Of a stretch of DNA of 64,000 nucleotides, positions 1 to 7,432 are shown piece by piece. The stretch lies in contig JBKJIT010000001.1 in assembly GCA_046598345.1 (NCBI GenBank), positions 108,251 through 172,250 on the forward strand, in the 5' to 3' direction. Made by a program: the position numbers and the translations under genes. Under the pieces are notes generated by a model. It ran no database searches. It was not told the DNA's origin and saw only the letters and a list, made by a program, of their open reading frames with translations. Within the stretch, counting starts at the first letter, position 1, and each line of letters opens with the position of its first letter. The stretch is from Minisyncoccia bacterium. Its GTDB lineage: Bacteria > Patescibacteriota > Minisyncoccia > Phycocordibacterales > UBA918.

Positions 1-255
1 CGTGACTCCTTGGATACCAAACACCGTCATAAAAATATTGATAATTCCCCAGAATCCAATGATGATGACAAACGCAAGAATTCCCCAGAGTGCAAACGAC
101 TTTGCTTTTTTTTGAGAGTCCTCATCACCACCGTGAAGTATGAAATATTGGAACGTATTCCACATGAAAAAGAGGAATGCGAGTAGGAGAACAAAGGGAA
201 TGATCCGATTGTTCAAGAATGTAAAAAAAAGTTGGAGGTATTGCTGAATATCCAT
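1..255 (-). CDS. CPR-type pilin (TrbC/VirB2-like two-TM small protein), 3' end runs off the window
   Basis: Manual translation MDIQQYLQLFFTFLNNRIIPFVLLLAFLFFMWNTFQYFILHGGDEDSQKKAKSFALWGILAFVIIIGFWGIINIF...; TM-loop(GDE..KKAK..WG)-TM pattern typical of CPR pilins; TATTAT 6 nt upstream of ATG. Confidence 0.75.
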   Translation of the reverse strand, partial: MDIQQYLQLFFTFLNNRIIPFVLLLAFLFFMWNTFQYFILHGGDEDSQKKAKSFALWGILAFVIIIGFWGIINIFMTVFGIQGVT

Positions 256-302
256 ATCCACATAATACCCCAAATACGGCTTATTTTTTGACTCTTTTCA
301 CA

Positions 303-330
303 TTGACAAAATATCTAGTTATGGTATAAT
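303..330 (+). promoter_or_regulatory. Consensus sigma70 promoter
   Basis: TTGACA (303-308), 16-nt spacer, TGnTATAAT (322-330). Confidence 0.75.
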
Positions 331-380
331 TGACATTGGTAAAAATTCGATGTCCAACCGTTGAGACTCAAGGAGATGTC

Positions 381-569
381 ATGAAAACATCGCAATTGTT
401 TCTGGCAGGACTAGCAGCGGGAGTCATCATCTTTTCGGAGATGGTGTTCCCGTCAGAACCAATGACTTCCAGTGTGAATGATGAAGTGCATACGGGACAA
501 TGTCTCACAGTCGAAAAGGACGGCAAACCTTTGCCTTGTCAGTTCGTTTCGAAAATCGCAGACGAGTAG
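381..569 (+). CDS. Small hypothetical secreted or membrane-anchored protein (62 aa)
   Basis: AGGAGA at 371-376 before ATG 381; signal-like N-terminus MKTSQLFLAGLAAGVII; two Cys. Confidence 0.6.
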   Translation: MKTSQLFLAGLAAGVIIFSEMVFPSEPMTSSVNDEVHTGQCLTVEKDGKPLPCQFVSKIADE

Positions 570-591
570 TTCCTAAATCCAGGGAGAGAAA

Positions 592-753
592 GTGTTAAGA
601 ATTCTCGGATGGCTTCTTGTTGCGCTGGGTCTCGGAGTAATTGCTGAGATTCCAGGTTTGAAGTACCTCCCTCTTGCCCCGGTTCTTTTCGCTGGAGTGC
701 TGATTGCCGGGGTTGGTCTCGCACTCGCACTCCGAGGGAAGGGATGGTTTTAG
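592..753 (+). CDS. Small two-TM membrane protein (53 aa), absent from the ORF track
   Basis: GGGAG 582-586, GTG 592; MLRILGWLLVALGLGVIAEIPGLKYLPLAPVLFAGVLIAGVGLALALRGKGWF*; followed by a terminator. Confidence 0.7.
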   Translation: MLRILGWLLVALGLGVIAEIPGLKYLPLAPVLFAGVLIAGVGLALALRGKGWF

Positions 754-777
754 CACGGCAGGATGTGTCCAACAAAA

Positions 778-809
778 GCCGGTTTGCGTTTACGCGGCCG
801 GCCTTTTTT
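778..809 (+). terminator. Intrinsic terminator
   Basis: GCCGG...CCGGC stem followed by T6. Confidence 0.65.
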
Positions 810-908
810 AATGGTCCTCCGGATGTCTATCTCTTGCATACTCCTTTTTAACATGCTTTATTTGCAGTTAGATAGGATCGCTCACGTATCCTTAATTGGA
901 GGTTAAAA

Positions 909-1136
909 TTGAAGAAAATATTTCCTATAGTTCAGTGCGTCATTCAGTTCTTTGGGAATGCCTTCCTTATCATAGGAATGGCTCTGTATCTTTTTTCCTT
1001 CGAACCGTTTTTAGAACCTCCTACACTAGGGGTTGTAGACCTAGGTATCATAGGTGCTTCGTTGTTCTTGATCGGAGACCTTTTTAGGATTTTTGGAGGA
1101 GGAGGATCGATTTTTCACCCACGTATCAAATCGTAA
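909..1136 (+). CDS. Small two-TM hypothetical protein
   Basis: GGAGG 898-902 before TTG; two hydrophobic segments; terminator follows. Confidence 0.65.
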   Translation: MKKIFPIVQCVIQFFGNAFLIIGMALYLFSFEPFLEPPTLGVVDLGIIGASLFLIGDLFRIFGGGGSIFHPRIKS

Positions 1137-1139
1137 ACG

Positions 1140-1173
1140 AAGGCCGAGAGGTGTTTCACCCCTCGGCCTTTTT
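1140..1173 (+). terminator. Intrinsic terminator
   Basis: AAGGCCGAG/CTCGGCCTT stem plus T run. Confidence 0.75.
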
Positions 1174-1190
1174 ACTTGTATGTAAAATGT

Positions 1191-1223
1191 TAAAGGCCAG
1201 ACGCGAAACTTCGCGTCTGGCCT
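1191..1223 (-). terminator. Terminator of the minus-strand gene 1241-1432
   Basis: 13-bp perfect stem AGGCCAGACGCGA/TCGCGTCTGGCCT. Confidence 0.6.
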
Positions 1224-1240
1224 CTGTGGGGGTTCGTGGA

Positions 1241-1432
1241 TCAACCAAGCAAAATGGGCTCCTGCTCATAGAACCGATGCTTGACCCTAAATTGCTTCGA
1301 AAGCCGCTTCCGGAGTTTCTTCTCCTTGGGCCGGTGACTTTTCTTGGTCTTTTTTTCCGGCCTCGCGCCATTGAGGCTCTTGCTTCTGGGTACACGCCGG
1401 GAACACGGTTTCGAACAATGACGTTTGGACAT
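1241..1432 (-). CDS. Small highly basic hypothetical protein (63 aa)
   Basis: GAGGAGG SD upstream, TTGCTA-N17-TACTCT promoter-like pair upstream, hairpin downstream; 23/63 residues K/R. Confidence 0.6.
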   Translation of the reverse strand: MSKRHCSKPCSRRVPRSKSLNGARPEKKTKKSHRPKEKKLRKRLSKQFRVKHRFYEQEPILLG

Positions 1433-1806
1433 CTACTGCCTCCTCTTCTTGATTGAACTACGGGAACTGCTCCTGAGCTGTGGGCTAGAGTACTCCCGAC
1501 TTATCTTTTTAGCAAGGTGTCAAAAGTTTATATTAATTGCTCAAATCCCCTTATTTTGCTAGTATCTCTGGGTCTTTGTAGGCCTCTCGTGAGGCTGTGG
1601 CTATAAAATGCAAACAGTTTTACGTTTTATCCGGTTCCGAGTGCGCGAGGAAATTCCTAATATCGAGTGGCAGCGAGACAAGGGAATAGGAATGGTTAGA
1701 GCGGTACAAATACAATTTAAAAACTTAGTGCGGCAGTGGCTATGAAGAGCAATGGGATTGCTTTTCATCCGTAGGGTGGTTCTTCAAAAATTAAATAGTA
1801 TAGTGT

Positions 1807-2176
1807 GCGGCCGTAGCTCAGGTGGTTAGAGTGGTAAAATAGAATAAAGATTCTATTTTACCTGATAACTCTTTGACAATTTCGTGCGGCTGTAGCTCAG
1901 ATGGTTAGAGCGCGTCACTGATAATGACGAGGTCCTAGGTTCGATTCCTAGCAGCCGCACAAAGCAGTCAAAGAGACAGACGAGGCCGTAGGCTAAATTA
2001 GTTCGGGGAACTAATTTAGGAGGTTGCCAGATATTTTGTGAGTGAAGCGAGACAAAATAGCGACAACCTGTACTGAACATGTAATGTTCGAGTCCTTACA
2101 GGACCTGTACACTTTTCGCAGAAACTGCTCAAAGTCTTAAAAATGACATTGAGTCATTTTTAACCTTCCGGCCGCA
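1807..2176 (+). other. Expanded or fragmented tRNA-Ile-like scaffold enclosing the intact tRNA-Ile
   Basis: GCGGCCG (1807-1813) pairs with CGGCCGC-A (2169-2176); D-arm 1816-1832, CTGATAA 1862-1868, AGACGAGGCC 1978-1987, GGAGG/CCTTC T-stem halves, separated by hairpin inserts. Confidence 0.65.
1886..1959 (+). tRNA. tRNA-Ile(GAT)
   Basis: Full cloverleaf GCGGCTG/CAGCCGC, GCTC/GAGC, CGTCA-CTGATAA-TGACG, CTAGG-TTCGATT-CCTAG; CCA not encoded. Confidence 0.97.
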
Positions 2177-2350
2177 CACTGAATGGTATTTAATTTTTGA
2201 AGAATACTCAGTTTAGAGATACCCTTTCGAAAGGTCTTGTTAGGAAGGTAAAATTACATTCATTGAATCCTCATACAAAGGAGTGTATATTCTGAGTTGG
2301 TTTTTTGTTTGTCTTTATTTCAATGTAGTTCTTTCTTAAAGGGAGTGGAA

Positions 2351-2695
2351 ATGTTGCCTCAACTGATACGTATGGACGAGCCACAGCGGAAATTGGGTGA
2401 ACTCGCAATGTACATGCCCCATGCCCCCACACAGGTGGTACTGTTTGGGGGAATTCTTGCTCAATATCTGCGGCTACCACTCCTTTCACCTGATGGCTTT
2501 GTCTTTGGCTGCGACATGGCTATTCTCGCTCTTATGAGGAGTGCACCGAGAGACGCCTCAGGAAACGCCACGGAGGGAATCGGTTTCTTGGAAAGCCAGA
2601 TCCCTGCAATCGCCGACGTGATTTTCGAAAAGGAAGACGCTGAACGAGTGCGTGCGAGCTTTGAACGGAGTCGTAACTCGCTAGCTGTGGCCTGA
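2351..2695 (+). CDS. Hypothetical protein (114 aa)
   Basis: GGGAG 2341-2345 before ATG; TTGAAT-N17-TATATT upstream (2263-2291); terminator downstream. Confidence 0.7.
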   Translation: MLPQLIRMDEPQRKLGELAMYMPHAPTQVVLFGGILAQYLRLPLLSPDGFVFGCDMAILALMRSAPRDASGNATEGIGFLESQIPAIADVIFEKEDAERVRASFERSRNSLAVA

Positions 2696-2726
2696 ACAGG
2701 GGAGTGATTTCTGGAACGAATAACGC

Positions 2727-2757
2727 ACAGCGCACTCGAGGAGAGTGCGCTGTTTTT
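2727..2757 (+). terminator. Intrinsic terminator
   Basis: 11-bp stem ACAGCGCACTC/GAGTGCGCTGT plus T run. Confidence 0.8.
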
Positions 2758-2814
2758 GTACTGAGTAATTCTAGTTATGCAACGAAGATCGTAGCTCCAC
2801 GTACGCAATACCAC

Positions 2815-2952
2815 TTAGATTGATGTCACCATGACAAGATCCTCAGCTATTTCTTGCGCGCGAATAGTGAAGGCAATAACAAACATGGAAAAGGCAATAA
2901 CTAAAAACCATGCGATGTAGGGAAACGGCTTGAATTCTTCGAGCTTTCTCAT
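2815..2952 (-). CDS. Small single-TM protein (45 aa), absent from the ORF track
   Basis: MRKLEEFKPFPYIAWFLVIAFSMFVIAFTIRAQEIAEDLVMVTSI*; TATGAT 6 nt upstream of ATG. Confidence 0.55.
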   Translation of the reverse strand: MRKLEEFKPFPYIAWFLVIAFSMFVIAFTIRAQEIAEDLVMVTSI

Positions 2953-3087
2953 TGAGGTATCATACTATTTTTCATCATAAGCGATGCTGTTTCCCGGGGA
3001 TAATTAAAAAAGCATGTATTGACTAATAGAAAAAACGATGTATAGTTCTAAATAGAAATCAGTCATTCGGCTGATAGGGAGAACTAT

Positions 3088-3459
3088 ATGCTCTGGTTTA
3101 AAAGCTTGGGTCTTGGATTGTTATTCTGGTGTGTGGTAGTTGTAGTTGCAGCTGTCGGTGATTTGCTCGCGGTCATGGGGAACCCTGACATGTCTGATCG
3201 GGAAATGATGGTTCAGCTTGTCATAAACATACTCTTCGTGTGGATGGCTGCGGTAGGCTCATTCCTCCTCATCCACATCAAGAAAATCAAGCTCGGCTGG
3301 CGACCCTTTCTTGTACGCTCCGTGTTTATCTGGGTACCCATCTCGATTGGCTGGTGGGCAATGTCAAAAACAGGCGCTGTCGGCTGGTTTACACTGGGCG
3401 GCATGTTTTCGTCCGTCTTCTTTGCGTATGAAATGCTCGTACTTCGTACACGTACATAA
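3088..3459 (+). CDS. Four-TM hypothetical membrane protein
   Basis: AGGGAG SD, promoter-like TTGACT...TATAGT upstream, terminator downstream. Confidence 0.7.
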   Translation: MLWFKSLGLGLLFWCVVVVVAAVGDLLAVMGNPDMSDREMMVQLVINILFVWMAAVGSFLLIHIKKIKLGWRPFLVRSVFIWVPISIGWWAMSKTGAVGWFTLGGMFSSVFFAYEMLVLRTRT

Positions 3460-3491
3460 GGGGTCGGTGGTGTAGCTATACATATTGTTCC

Positions 3492-3524
3492 AGCGCCCGT
3501 AGTTGTATCTGCGGGCGCTTTTTT
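3492..3524 (+). terminator. Intrinsic terminator
   Basis: AGCGCCCGTAG/CTGCGGGCGCT stem plus T run. Confidence 0.75.
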
Positions 3525-3546
3525 ATACTCATGGTAAAATGCCCGA

Positions 3547-4893
3547 ATGAGCGATTTTGCTGCCTACTTTAAAGGGAAGAAGATAACTGTCATGCGAATT
3601 GGGCTCCTTGGCCGGGGTGTGGGGGACGCCGCCTTTTTGGCAGAATCTGGAGCAGTTGTTCTTGTAGTAGACGATGCTTCTCAGGAGGTTATGCAACCCT
3701 CAGTAGATGCTCTCAAAAAATATCCAAACATATCATTTAAATTTGGCCCTTACGATGTGACTGATTTTACTGAGGCTGATATGGTGCTCGTTGGAGCAGG
3801 GGCACCATTTGATTTGCCATGTCTTATTGCAGCAAAAAACGCAGGTGTACCACTTACAATGAGCGGAACACTTTTTGCAAAACTTTCGGGAGTTCCTATT
3901 ATTGGAATTACGGGTACGAGAGGAAAATCAACCGTGACGCACATGATTCACCATGTGCTTTCTGAAGCAACGGAGGGGGCCCCGGTGCTTCTTGGTGGAA
4001 ATGTCCGAGGTATCTCCAATTTGCAGCTTTTTAAAGATGTGGAGGAAGGATCGCTTGCGGTCATGGAACTCGATTCATGGCAACTCCAAGGATTTGGCTG
4101 GGCAGAAATAAGCCCGCACGTTGCGGTTTTTACCAACTTTATGGAGGATCATTTAAATTATTATCGGAAGAGCATGGCACTCTATTTCAGAGATAAGGCG
4201 AACATATTTAGATACCAGGAACCGGGGAGTACACTCGTGACTACGCAGGAAGTATTTGATCGGGCGAAAGCATTTGCTAAAGCGGAAGGATTCGAAATGG
4301 GCCAGGAGATTTCATTAGTAGATACTTCTATTTTGCCTCAGGACTGTCTTCTCGCGATGCCCGGAGAACACAATCGGTTAAATGCAGCGCTTGCGTATGA
4401 GGCACTTAAAGCGACAGGACTAGAGGACGAAGTGATTTTTGAAGGGCTCACCACATTCCCCGGAGTTCCGGGACGCCTAGAGTATTTGGGCGAAAAAGAC
4501 GGTGTGAAAATGTACAATGACAACAACGCAACAACCCCGACTGCGACACGAGCGGGACTAAAAGCGGTGGGGAATCCGGCAAACGAAGGAATGAACGTCG
4601 TTCTCATTATGGGCGGAGCAGGAAAGGATCTTGATCCGTCACCGCTTCTTGAAATCATTCCCGAATACTGCAAGAAAGTGATTCTGCTTCCGGGAACTGG
4701 AACGGATACGATTAAGGAAAAGATTGAGGCTGTGGAGGTTCCGTCACTGAAGGAAGCCGTGGAGGCCGCGCTCGGCGTAGCCGAGCGCGGCGATGTGATT
4801 CTTTTTAGTCCCGCGTTCGCATCATTTGGCCTCTTTAAAAATGAATATGACCGCGGTGACCAGTTCGTCGATCTTATAAAAAGTCGACTCTGA
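3547..4893 (+). CDS. murD: UDP-N-acetylmuramoyl-L-alanine--D-glutamate ligase
   Basis: GITGTRGKST P-loop, LGGN, ELDSWQL, DHLNYY, LFSPAFASF..FKN..DRG motifs. Confidence 0.93.
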   Translation: MSDFAAYFKGKKITVMRIGLLGRGVGDAAFLAESGAVVLVVDDASQEVMQPSVDALKKYPNISFKFGPYDVTDFTEADMVLVGAGAPFDLPCLIAAKNAGVPLTMSGTLFAKLSGVPIIGITGTRGKSTVTHMIHHVLSEATEGAPVLLGGNVRGISNLQLFKDVEEGSLAVMELDSWQLQGFGWAEISPHVAVFTNFMEDHLNYYRKSMALYFRDKANIFRYQEPGSTLVTTQEVFDRAKAFAKAEGFEMGQEISLVDTSILPQDCLLAMPGEHNRLNAALAYEALKATGLEDEVIFEGLTTFPGVPGRLEYLGEKDGVKMYNDNNATTPTATRAGLKAVGNPANEGMNVVLIMGGAGKDLDPSPLLEIIPEYCKKVILLPGTGTDTIKEKIEAVEVPSLKEAVEAALGVAERGDVILFSPAFASFGLFKNEYDRGDQFVDLIKSRL

Positions 4894-4914
4894 TAACGCG
4901 GCCAGATTGTCGTG

Positions 4915-5022
4915 CTAGAGAAGTTGGGCGATACCCATCCATATTGGTACTGACAGGATTACGCTGATGATGATTGAGCGCGCTGCACCTAAACCTCTGC
5001 CTTCTATCTCGTCTTGAATCAT
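4915..5022 (-). CDS. Single-TM microprotein (35 aa), absent from the ORF track
   Basis: GGAGAG SD; MIQDEIEGRGLGAARSIIISVILSVPIWMGIAQLL*; fills the murD-murC gap. Confidence 0.5.
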   Translation of the reverse strand: MIQDEIEGRGLGAARSIIISVILSVPIWMGIAQLL

Positions 5023-5122
5023 GTTGCTCTCCCGGTGAAGGTCCATTAGATATTTTACCAGTTCAGTGTGGTCTTCAAAGGCGCATTCCACATTTCTTCA
5101 TTTGATAGTATATTCATTTATT

Positions 5123-6427
5123 ATGGTACACACGGACATTCTCCAGCTTTCAAAAGTATCAAGCATCCATTTTATTGGTATTGGCGGTATTGGGATGTCC
5201 GGGCTTGCGAGGCTCTTTCTTCACGAAGGAAAGACAGTGAGCGGATCAGACCGCGCATCGTCCCAAATCACTGACGCTCTTCTAAAAGAAGGAGCTACTT
5301 TTTTCCCTTCACAAGAATCTAAAAATATTACGGGAGACATAGAAATGATTGTGTATACGGAGGCGATGTCGCCGGATCATGAGGAAATGGTGGCTGCGCG
5401 TGAGCTAGGAGTCCCGATGATGAATTACTTTGAAGCCCTGGGAATTGTGGCGAATGCGTATTATCTTATTGCAATTGCCGGTGCGCACGGAAAGACAACG
5501 ACAACTGCGATGCTCATTGATATTTTCGAAGAGGCTGGACTTGATCCATCTGGGATTGTTGGTTCACTCCGCGCGAAGACGAAAAGCAATTATCGCCCGG
5601 GAAAGAGCAAATATTTTATTGCAGAGGCGTGTGAGTACAAACGAGACTTTCTCTCCCTCCGGCCTGATGTGCTCGTGATTACCAATATTGAGCACGAACA
5701 TGTCGATTACTATAAAAATCTAGAAGCAGTGCAAGTGGCATTTCGCGAATTTGCACTACAGGTGCGTGAAGGAGGGACCGTGATTGTTAATTTTAGCGAT
5801 AAAAATATTGCTCCTATTCTTCAGGGAGTTACTGTGAGCGTAATTGACTACGGGGAGTATGTAGATCCACTTCGTGTACTTAAGGTGCCGGGTCTCCATA
5901 ACCAAATGAATGCAGCGGCGGCCGCAGCCGCCGCTGCCTGTGTCGGTATTGAAAAAGCAGTAGCACATACAGCACTCCAGAACTTTACCGGAACATGGCG
6001 TCGATTTGAATATAAGGGGGAAGTAAACGGCGCTAAAGTATACGATGACTACGGCCATCATCCCACTGAAATTAAAGCGACGATGCAGGGGGCACGGGAA
6101 TTATATCCCGATAGAAAAATAACGCTGGTGTACGAACCACATACCTACTCCCGTACGGAGGAACTGTTTACTGATTTTGTTTCAGTCTTGAGTCAGGCTG
6201 ATACGCTTTATTTACTTCCCATTTACGCTGCACGAGAAATAGATACGAAAGAAGTGTCGAGCGAAATGCTTATAACAGCGATTGCTCCCCATAATCCTCG
6301 GGCATTTATAGTTCCTGATTTTGATACAGTTATTGAAGAGATCCGAAGAACCGCAACACCCGGGGATCTCATCCTGGTGGAAGGAGCTGGAGGTATAACC
6401 CGGGTTGCAAGTGAGTTGACAAAGTAA
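5123..6427 (+). CDS. murC: UDP-N-acetylmuramate--L-alanine ligase
   Basis: HFIGIGGIGMSGLA, GAHGKTTTT, EACEY, DDYGHHPTEI motifs; start moved to ATG 5123. Confidence 0.95.
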   Translation: MVHTDILQLSKVSSIHFIGIGGIGMSGLARLFLHEGKTVSGSDRASSQITDALLKEGATFFPSQESKNITGDIEMIVYTEAMSPDHEEMVAARELGVPMMNYFEALGIVANAYYLIAIAGAHGKTTTTAMLIDIFEEAGLDPSGIVGSLRAKTKSNYRPGKSKYFIAEACEYKRDFLSLRPDVLVITNIEHEHVDYYKNLEAVQVAFREFALQVREGGTVIVNFSDKNIAPILQGVTVSVIDYGEYVDPLRVLKVPGLHNQMNAAAAAAAAACVGIEKAVAHTALQNFTGTWRRFEYKGEVNGAKVYDDYGHHPTEIKATMQGARELYPDRKITLVYEPHTYSRTEELFTDFVSVLSQADTLYLLPIYAAREIDTKEVSSEMLITAIAPHNPRAFIVPDFDTVIEEIRRTATPGDLILVEGAGGITRVASELTK

Positions 6428-6495
6428 ATTTTTCATACATAATTTCACTTGGACGAGTCTTGTACTCGATAGATAGCTTCTTGCAACGAGGAGGA

Positions 6496-7065
6496 ATGAT
6501 GGTAACTGAATGCGTGGTTGTATTGGGGCATGGACCTAAGAGTCCAGAACTTGACAAGCACTGTCGGATTCGACTCTCGAGAGCGCTTGCGGCAGTATGT
6601 GACTTTTTGCAGATGGGGAAGAAAGTTGTACTTATCCTTCCCACAGGGTCGCATCTGGACGCGGGAGAGACCATGGCCACACAGATGTACGACCATCTCA
6701 TCCAAATTGGCGGTGAGTGGTTGATGAAGCCAGAAATCCAGGTCATTATCAATCGGACTGAACGGCGGGTGTGGAGCACGCGCCTTGAAATGCAGTACGC
6801 TCAACGCGTTACCGAAAGGTTGGAAGGTGAGGTTCATTACCACTTTGTCACCAACGAGGTGCATGCGATACGCGTTATCTGCACCAACGATCTGATAGGG
6901 CTTCCTAACTGTCTGTTGATTCTGAGTAATGACGATCCACCACCGCGATTTCACGAGGCGCTCGCGTACATTAAATTACACCTCCAGAAGTTTGCTCCCT
7001 TTGAATACCTGAGTACTGCTATCGAAAATCGGAGGAGGGGAGCGCAGAAATACGTACGAGGGTAA
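6496..7065 (+). CDS. YdcF/DUF218 (ElyC/SanA)-like protein
   Basis: VVVLGHG...RL..A...TG...E.MA..M...ST..E...VTN..H..R pattern; GAGGAGG SD. Confidence 0.6.
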   Translation: MMVTECVVVLGHGPKSPELDKHCRIRLSRALAAVCDFLQMGKKVVLILPTGSHLDAGETMATQMYDHLIQIGGEWLMKPEIQVIINRTERRVWSTRLEMQYAQRVTERLEGEVHYHFVTNEVHAIRVICTNDLIGLPNCLLILSNDDPPPRFHEALAYIKLHLQKFAPFEYLSTAIENRRRGAQKYVRG

Positions 7066-7084
7066 TGTGACTCTGAACAACTGG

Positions 7085-7109
7085 AAAGGCGGTGCATGCA
7101 CCGCCTTTT
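7085..7109 (+). terminator. Intrinsic terminator, possibly bidirectional
   Basis: AAAGGCGGTGC/GCACCGCCTTT inverted repeat. Confidence 0.7.
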
Positions 7110-7161
7110 GTTATGTGTGGTACATTGAAAATTGGAATATTCCAAAGTCAGGAGCATTGGT

Positions 7162-7395
7162 ATGCGATCATGTTGTGAATGCAATGAACCAATTGAAGGT
7201 TGCATGGGGAGTGTGAATCCCACAGATTTCCTCGAACTCGAACAGGGTGACCGACATACATGTCGCGAACTGTGTGGGCGGTGCACACTCTTTTACCAGT
7301 CGAGGAACATGCGACCTCTTTGGACTCGTCAGCAAGTCCCTGTTTGGTCACCGGAAATCGTTAACCGCTACCCGGTCCTTGAAGCCACTTCATAG
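7162..7395 (+). CDS. Small Cys-rich putative zinc-binding protein
   Basis: AGGAG SD; CCEC...CRELCGRC (two CxxC); hairpin plus T run overlaps the stop (7382-7408). Confidence 0.6.
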   Translation: MRSCCECNEPIEGCMGSVNPTDFLELEQGDRHTCRELCGRCTLFYQSRNMRPLWTRQQVPVWSPEIVNRYPVLEATS

Positions 7396-7432
7396 TGGCT
7401 TTTTCTTTTGACTATGTTAGGTTGTATCGATT

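Noticed and set aside
539-775. 78-aa minus-strand ORF
   Set aside because: Overlaps the better-supported plus-strand membrane ORF 592-753.
1853-2080. 75-aa minus-strand ORF over the tRNA
   Set aside because: Antisense translation of the tRNA and its hairpins.
1834-2163. Group I intron interpretation of the tRNA inserts
   Set aside because: I could not find convincing P7 (GACTA/TAGTC-type) elements, and there are several separate inserts; not excluded without an Infernal search.
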